Below, one piece after another: positions 28,590 to 33,708 of a stretch of 33,708 nt of DNA. The notes below the pieces were generated by a model. It was not told the DNA's origin, ran no database searches, and saw only the letters and a list, made by a program, of their open reading frames with translations. Origin of the DNA: an uncultured Bacteroidales bacterium (GTDB lineage: Bacteria; Bacteroidota; Bacteroidia; Bacteroidales; Muribaculaceae). A program made the translations under genes and the position numbers. The stretch is taken from assembly GCA_900554715.1 (NCBI GenBank), contig USIN01000001.1:1-33708 (forward strand). Direction: 5' to 3'. Every line of letters begins with the position of its first letter. Position 1 is the first letter of the stretch.

Positions 28590-28856
28590 ATCAATTCACA
28601 ATGCATAATGCACAATTCACAATTATGAACAGAAGAACATAAGGGCAGAAGAACATAAGGGCAGAAGGTTTAATCAATGCACAATGCACAATCTTTTTCA
28701 ATGCACAATGCATAATGCACAATTCACAATTCACAATTAATTGGGTTATCGGAGGCTATCGGAGTTATCGGAAGGGTCGGACTTGTCGGACAAGGTCGGA
28801 CGGGTCAGACGGGGTGGGCGATGATTGTGCATTATGCATTGTGAATTGTGCATTGA
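28590..28856. repeat. Composite simple-repeat array: AAT(G/T)CA(C/T) heptamers, CAGAAGAACATAAGGG duplication and TCGGA(C/G) core, with inverted heptamer arms
   Basis: Heptamer runs at 28591-28623 and 28674-28737, inverted run at 28824-28856, about 9-10-nt TCGGA repeats at 28747-28810; includes the 48-bp copy at 28608-28655. Confidence 0.85.
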
Positions 28857-31363
28857 TGCAGCCGGAGGCGGATGAGGTGGAGGGCGAGGCTGGAGGAGGT
28901 GGTGGCGGTGAGGGTGACGGTGTAGCGGGCGGCGGCGGGGCCGAGGTTGCGGAGGGTGAGGGGTGCGCCGATGCGTCCTTCGATGTCGAAGGCGGCTGTG
29001 GGGGCCGAGGCTGGGTTGAGCGATGAGTGGCGGGTCAGCGATAGGGTACCTTTGAGGTTGGTGGCGCCGATGTCGGCGTCGAGGGCGGCGACGACGGCGG
29101 GACGACGCCCGGGGGTGTCGACGGTGACGCTCCAGGCGATGTCGGTCGCCGAGGGTGCGACTTCGTTGACGAGGCTGACGACGCTGCTGCCGTCGGTGGC
29201 GTAGACTTCGGCTGTCGTGTCGTCGGCGATGATGCCGGTGAGTGCGGGCAGGCTGCGGGTGTAGCGCCCGAGGTCGTGGTCGGGGCAGATGACGGTGGCG
29301 TCGCCGTCTGCGCCGCCGAGGCAGAGGAGTTCGCGCCGCAGGGCTATCCAGGCGAGGGCATTGGCGTCGATGCCCTCGGCGACTGTCTCGGCCGACGAGG
29401 AGGTGACGCGGATGAGCTGACGGGAGGAGGTGAGGGCATAGATTCTGCCGTCGACGGCAGTGACGGCTGCCTGTGAGGCGACGGTGCGGCGGTCGATTTC
29501 GAAGAGGTCGGTGTCGCCGGGGCCGGTGATGGCGAGGGTGTGGATGCCGCTGTCGGCGAAGACGGTGAAGCGCTGTTGGCGGACGGTCAGTGACGAACGG
29601 TTGTAGCGGCTTACCGCCAGGGCGTTGACGCGGCCGCGCGAGAGGTCGGCGATGGCTGTGGCGCTCAGGGGCGAGAGGCTGCGGGCGACGGCCATCATCG
29701 ACTCGCAGCGGTGTGTGGCGGGGCGCTCGGCGGGGATGACGTAGGCTTCGGCGACGTCGGCGAGGGCGAAGGGACGGAGGGTGGGATGGACATAGACGGC
29801 CATGTCGCCGGCGACGGGGGTGAGGTCGAAGGTCTGTGTGACGGGGTCTTCGCCCTCGACGGAGAGGCATATCTTCATCTTCGATGCGCGAGCCGAGGGG
29901 TAGCAGATGAGGGGGCTGAAGAGCTCGGGGGCGTCGCCGTCGCCCGAGGCGAGGCTGACGACCGATTCCTCGGGGTCGGCGACGGAGGCGGTGAGGTCGG
30001 TCCAGACGGCGGCGCGCCATCGTCGGGGCTTGGTGCTGACGGCAAACGAGCGGGCCGACCAGCCCCGGAAGAAGCGCTGTGTGAGGTCGCCCCAGACAGT
30101 GGTGTCGCCCGAGGCGACGACGACGCGGGCCGAGAAGGTGTGGGGCGCGGCAAACATCAGGCTTTTGTCCCAGCGGGGCGCGAAGGGTGCGGCGAGGGCG
30201 CGGGCGAGGGTCTCACTCTCGTCTGCGGCGGTGGCGGCGCCTGTGGCGGTGAGGGTGAGGGTGGTGCCTGCCGCCGAGGCGAATGGGTCGCCGAGGGTCA
30301 GGACGGGGCGCTCGATCGAGTCGAGCCGGGCGATGCTCTGACGCAGGAGGTTCTCGGCGGCGCGGGCTGTTGTGGAGGCGAGGGAACGGGCGGTGCCGGG
30401 CCATGAGGCGCGCATGACGGTCTTGTCGGTGGTGCTGCGTATGACGGCGTTGCAGCGGGCGGCGAGCGTGAAGTCGACGGGATGATACTGGGGCGTGACG
30501 AAGAGGCGCAGCTGAGTGGCTGCGGCGGCGACACGCGGGGCGAGCGAGTGGGCGGGGACGGTGAGGCGGATGCGATAGGTGTCGGCCGAGATAGCGACGG
30601 GGTGTGTGACGGTCATGTCGTCTGATTTGAGGGCGACCGAGTCGGTGAGCTGTGTGCCGGCCGGGAGCGACACGACGACGGGCGGCGAGACGTAGATGAC
30701 GGTCGAGTCGGCGTCGTAGAGACGGTAGCGGCAGATGACGGGCTGGAAGAAGGCTCCGTCGGCGGCTGCCTGCCGGGCGATGTCTTCGTAGGCGTCGTTC
30801 ATGGCGGCGGTGACGCGGGCGCGCTGGGCGGGGTCGACGCAGGTCTTGCCTTCGGCGAAGCTTTTGTCGAGGCGTATCGGGGCGATGGTGGCGACGGCTT
30901 TGGCGGCGGCCACGGCGGTGACGGCGACTTCGGGGAAGGTGGTGTCGGGTGTGATGACGGCGATGTCGCCGGGCGTGTCGCCGAAGATGACGGTGGTGGC
31001 TCCGCGGTCGGTCATGACGGTGAGACGGCGCCCGGCGGCGGTGGCGCAGAGGGGTTCGGCATCGAGGGTGGTGACTTCGACGGCGTCGGGCATCCACTGC
31101 GAGAGGTCGAGGGTGGCGAGGGTCTTGCCAGAGGCGACGGCGAGTAGGCGGCGTCCGTCGGCGAGGGTGATGACGGCGAGGGGACGGTAGTGTCCTGCGG
31201 CGACGGGGGCGGGACGTCCCGTGGGGACGAGTTCGGGGGCTCCGTCGGGCGAGGGACGCAGGTTGTGGCAGACGGTGACGCGGCAGTCGGGGGCTTCGCT
31301 GTCGGGATGCGCGAGTCCTGCGGCGACGCAAAGGTCGACGGTGCGGGATGATGTGTTTTTCAT
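28832..31363 (-). CDS. 843-aa high-GC hypothetical protein, possibly a phage-derived tail tubular/nozzle-like structural protein
   Basis: Long ORF with host codon bias, an AT-rich start and its own promoter; no signal peptide. Segments such as CHNLRP..GAPELVP, GAFFQPVICRYRLYD..IYVSPP, YPSARA and FTVFADSGIHTL recall large Bacteroidales phage virion proteins (from memory, unverified). The ORF is reliable; the function is inferred. Confidence 0.55.
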   Translation of the reverse strand: MKNTSSRTVDLCVAAGLAHPDSEAPDCRVTVCHNLRPSPDGAPELVPTGRPAPVAAGHYRPLAVITLADGRRLLAVASGKTLATLDLSQWMPDAVEVTTLDAEPLCATAAGRRLTVMTDRGATTVIFGDTPGDIAVITPDTTFPEVAVTAVAAAKAVATIAPIRLDKSFAEGKTCVDPAQRARVTAAMNDAYEDIARQAAADGAFFQPVICRYRLYDADSTVIYVSPPVVVSLPAGTQLTDSVALKSDDMTVTHPVAISADTYRIRLTVPAHSLAPRVAAAATQLRLFVTPQYHPVDFTLAARCNAVIRSTTDKTVMRASWPGTARSLASTTARAAENLLRQSIARLDSIERPVLTLGDPFASAAGTTLTLTATGAATAADESETLARALAAPFAPRWDKSLMFAAPHTFSARVVVASGDTTVWGDLTQRFFRGWSARSFAVSTKPRRWRAAVWTDLTASVADPEESVVSLASGDGDAPELFSPLICYPSARASKMKICLSVEGEDPVTQTFDLTPVAGDMAVYVHPTLRPFALADVAEAYVIPAERPATHRCESMMAVARSLSPLSATAIADLSRGRVNALAVSRYNRSSLTVRQQRFTVFADSGIHTLAITGPGDTDLFEIDRRTVASQAAVTAVDGRIYALTSSRQLIRVTSSSAETVAEGIDANALAWIALRRELLCLGGADGDATVICPDHDLGRYTRSLPALTGIIADDTTAEVYATDGSSVVSLVNEVAPSATDIAWSVTVDTPGRRPAVVAALDADIGATNLKGTLSLTRHSSLNPASAPTAAFDIEGRIGAPLTLRNLGPAAARYTVTLTATTSSSLALHLIRLRLHQCTIHNA

Positions 31364-31391
31364 ATATTATATAGTGTGAAGGTTTTGATGT

Positions 31392-31461
31392 TGCAAAGTT
31401 AGTATGGCGTGAGGGGAGTTGTGTGTCTAAAATTGTAGTGGCGTGCAATTTTAGATTTCCG
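31392..31461 (-). promoter_or_regulatory. Promoter with palindromic operator upstream of the 843-aa gene (copy B)
   Basis: TAACTTTGCA (31392-31401, minus strand) plus perfect inverted repeat TCTAAAATTG-N10-CAATTTTAGA (31426-31455), then TTTCCG; same spacing as copy A. Confidence 0.78.
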
Positions 31462-31468
31462 CTATGCG

Positions 31469-31547
31469 AATGCACAATGTACAATGCACAATTCACAATT
31501 CACAATTCACAATTCTTCGCAAGCGAAGAATTTTGCATTGTGCATTG
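31469..31547. repeat. Heptamer array folding around a perfect hairpin
   Basis: AATGCAC/AATTCAC units, then AATTCTTCGC-AA-GCGAAGAATT (31511-31532), then inverted TGCATTGTGCATTGA. Confidence 0.8.
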
Positions 31548-31585
31548 ATTTAACCTTATGCTCTTGTGTTCTTTTTGTTAAAATG

Positions 31586-31617
31586 TTTGCAAATCACAAG
31601 GGTTTGACATACTTTTG
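31586..31617 (+). promoter_or_regulatory. Sigma-A promoter for the 651-aa gene
   Basis: TTTG (31586-31589), 20-nt spacer, TACTTTTG (31610-31617). Confidence 0.7.
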
Positions 31618-31653
31618 CAATGCAATAAACCAAAATAATAAAATTAATCCTCG

Positions 31654-33609
31654 ATGAAACACTTTTACACGAGCTTTATGCTACTTTTTGCCGCGCTTTT
31701 CTGCTCGGCACAGGTTGTGACTGACCGTCCTGAGGGTACGATGAAGTACTATCAGCGCACGGGCGGTCTCACTTATCTCAATGACGGCCAGCAGCTGCAT
31801 CTCCAGAATCAGTCGGGCTTCACCGAAATCGTCTACTCGGCCGACGGCACCAAGGCGTGGGTGAAGAATCCGGTCGCGGGCTTCTTTCCCGAAGACAGCG
31901 AAGAATGCGCCTGGGTCGAAGGCCGTCTGACCGACAACGGGTCGACAATCGAAGTGCCTGTAGGCCAGAAGGTATATTTCGGAGCCGAACAGAACGACTA
32001 TGTCGAAATCGCTATCGTCGACCGCGACAAGTCGTCGCACACGACCAATTTCATCTATAACGCGACCGAGGCTGCCGTCATCTATAAGATCGAGGGCGAC
32101 AAGGTCAGCGTCACCGGCACTTCGCGCGACCGCCTTCTCGGTCTGGTATGGTCGTCAGACCGTTCGTGGCTCGGATTCGGCGACTATGAGAGCGTCTATA
32201 CGATCTATGACCTGCCCGAGCCTGTCACTCCGCCGGCCGGCATGACTGTCAAGACTTATCCGCTGAGCGCCATCGAGTATATGAACGAGCAGGATGCCGT
32301 CTACTCGACCGAAGTCAATGTCGGCTTTGACGGCGACGACGTTTATATCCAGGGCTTTGACAAATTTATCCCGATGGCGTGGCTCAAAGGGCGCCTCAAC
32401 GGATCGCGCGTCACGTTCGACGTGCAGTATATCGGCACAGACCCTGCCGACCGCCGCCACTTCCTGGCCGGCTGGAAGGGGGGTGCCGTGGGCCCGGTAG
32501 AGATAAACTACTATAAGGACCTCGACGCTTTTGAAAGCACGTCGCCGGTGATGATCAACTCTAACCCGACGATGCACAACTATTATGCCTACTACCGCAG
32601 CATGTATATCGGCGAGCGCCCCGACCCGATCGAGCTGCCTGCCGGCGCCAACCCCGTGCGCATGGTGCTGAAAGGCAAAATCGATGATACGGGCCTGACC
32701 GCCCGCGACTTTACGCGCGTCGTCAAGCTCGCCAACGTGGGCGACAAGGTCTATATCCAGGGCCTAAGCACCGACGTTCCCGAAGGCTGGGCGATGGGTA
32801 CTCTCGCCGACGGCAAGCTGACGATACCCCGCGGCCAGTTTATGGGCTTCGGCGAGCAGGCGGCGATCTATCTCCACGGCGCCGACGCCAAGACGGGCGA
32901 GTTCCGCGACATCGTCTTCGACTATGACGAGGCTGCCAACACGTATATCCACAACCATATACTCTATGAGTGCACGGCCCGCGAACCCCGCACATATACA
33001 TGGCAGTATCTCCCCGGTCTGACAATCTACTATGATCCCAACGCCCCGACAGGCGCCGACCCCGACGACCTTCCCGCAACCGACTATATCTTCAAGGCCC
33101 AGTGTATGTCTAAGATAGCTGCGCTGACAGGCACGAGCGCCGAGCTGAAGGTCAAGATAGCCGTCGACGGCAATCTGGTGTATATCAAAGGTCTGTCGCC
33201 CGAGACTCCCGACGCGTGGATCAAAGGCGAGATGTTTGACAACACCGTCACTTTCGCATCGCCCCAGCTCCTGGGCGACAACGGCTCGTATAACATCTAC
33301 TTCAGCGGCTACGATATGCTCGCCTATGCGCTGAACGACTGGACTCTGACGTATAATCCGGCCGACGGGTCTTACAAGACTTCGGCCCACGCTGTCATCA
33401 ACCGTTCGGTCGACCGTGTCAACTATGACATCTGGTATTATAATATGTCGTTTGTCAAAGATCCGGCGGGCGTGGCCGACATCGCTGTCGATAACGCCGG
33501 TGGCGAGGCTGTCTACTATAACCTCCAGGGTGTCCGTGTCGACAATCCCGACCGCGGCGTCTATGTCAAGGTTGCCAACGGCAAAGCTGAGAAAGTCCTG
33601 GTTAAATGA
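31654..33609 (+). CDS. Secreted repeat-domain protein, probable T9SS cargo
   Basis: Signal peptide; 3-4 internal repeats (VYIQG...P.AW.KG....VTF..Q..G); C-terminal GVADIAVD..YYNLQGVRVDNP..GVYV...KVLVK resembles a T9SS sorting domain. Confidence 0.8.
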   Translation: MKHFYTSFMLLFAALFCSAQVVTDRPEGTMKYYQRTGGLTYLNDGQQLHLQNQSGFTEIVYSADGTKAWVKNPVAGFFPEDSEECAWVEGRLTDNGSTIEVPVGQKVYFGAEQNDYVEIAIVDRDKSSHTTNFIYNATEAAVIYKIEGDKVSVTGTSRDRLLGLVWSSDRSWLGFGDYESVYTIYDLPEPVTPPAGMTVKTYPLSAIEYMNEQDAVYSTEVNVGFDGDDVYIQGFDKFIPMAWLKGRLNGSRVTFDVQYIGTDPADRRHFLAGWKGGAVGPVEINYYKDLDAFESTSPVMINSNPTMHNYYAYYRSMYIGERPDPIELPAGANPVRMVLKGKIDDTGLTARDFTRVVKLANVGDKVYIQGLSTDVPEGWAMGTLADGKLTIPRGQFMGFGEQAAIYLHGADAKTGEFRDIVFDYDEAANTYIHNHILYECTAREPRTYTWQYLPGLTIYYDPNAPTGADPDDLPATDYIFKAQCMSKIAALTGTSAELKVKIAVDGNLVYIKGLSPETPDAWIKGEMFDNTVTFASPQLLGDNGSYNIYFSGYDMLAYALNDWTLTYNPADGSYKTSAHAVINRSVDRVNYDIWYYNMSFVKDPAGVADIAVDNAGGEAVYYNLQGVRVDNPDRGVYVKVANGKAEKVLVK

Positions 33610-33680
33610 TGCACAATGCATAATGCACAATCGGATGATTAAGAACATAAGATCATAAGGACATAAGAACAAAAGAATAG
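33609..33680 (+). repeat. Heptamer plus octamer repeat unit after the gene stop
   Basis: ATGCACAATGCATAATGCACAAT followed by AAGAACAT/AAGATCAT/AAGGACAT/AAGAACAA. Confidence 0.8.
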
Positions 33681-33708
33681 TTTTAAACAAGAATAAGGCC
33701 ATAGGGGC

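Noticed and set aside
28590..28856. Possible CRISPR array
   Set aside because: The units are 7-16 nt simple repeats without unique constant-length spacers, and there are no cas genes.
16046..31363. Intact prophage or island integrated at tRNA-Gln
   Set aside because: There is no integrase and no duplicated tRNA 3' end, and the intervening genes (porU, rex, FAH) are host genes.
28590..31547. TTCACAA/TTGTGAA heptamers as Rex operators
   Set aside because: They match Rex half-sites, but occur as tandem or everted runs rather than TTGTGAA-N4-TTCACAA, and mostly at gene 3' ends.
20952..33702. Long overlapping alternative ORFs (e.g. 20952-22175, 22870-24132, 28746-30020, 30213-31496, 32764-33702)
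   Set aside because: These are Arg/Pro-rich or antisense shadow frames produced by strong GC3 bias in real genes; they have no recognisable motifs.

Overview
Chromosomal segment of a Bacteroidales bacterium, probably Muribaculaceae-like (inferred from gene content, TAnnTTTG promoter elements and T9SS genes). About 1-14.3 kb is housekeeping: the aroQ 3' end, an esterase, an endonuclease-I-like protein, the tatD-yidD-rnpA-hemD-DUF4271-LOG cluster, and a DUF4254-GT9-ruvB-flippase-GT4-SpoU-S66 operon. An AT-rich IS4-family element (14385-15734) sits in the centre of a REP-like palindrome. It is followed by tRNA-Gln, two divergent PorU-like T9SS sortases flanking FAH and rex, and a GH25 muramidase. 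The most notable feature is a pair of orphan, host-like high-GC genes: an intact terminase large subunit (25189-27027) and an 843-aa protein that may be a phage tail/nozzle protein (28832-31363). Neither has prophage context in this window. Both are preceded by the same promoter architecture: TAACTTTGCA plus a 30-bp inverted repeat (CTAAAAT..ATTTTAGA) at identical spacing. This suggests a dispersed, co-regulated, domesticated phage-derived system, possibly GTA-like. Several intergenic regions carry a family of heptamer/octamer simple repeats. All protein calls come from motif recognition by eye; no database search was run.
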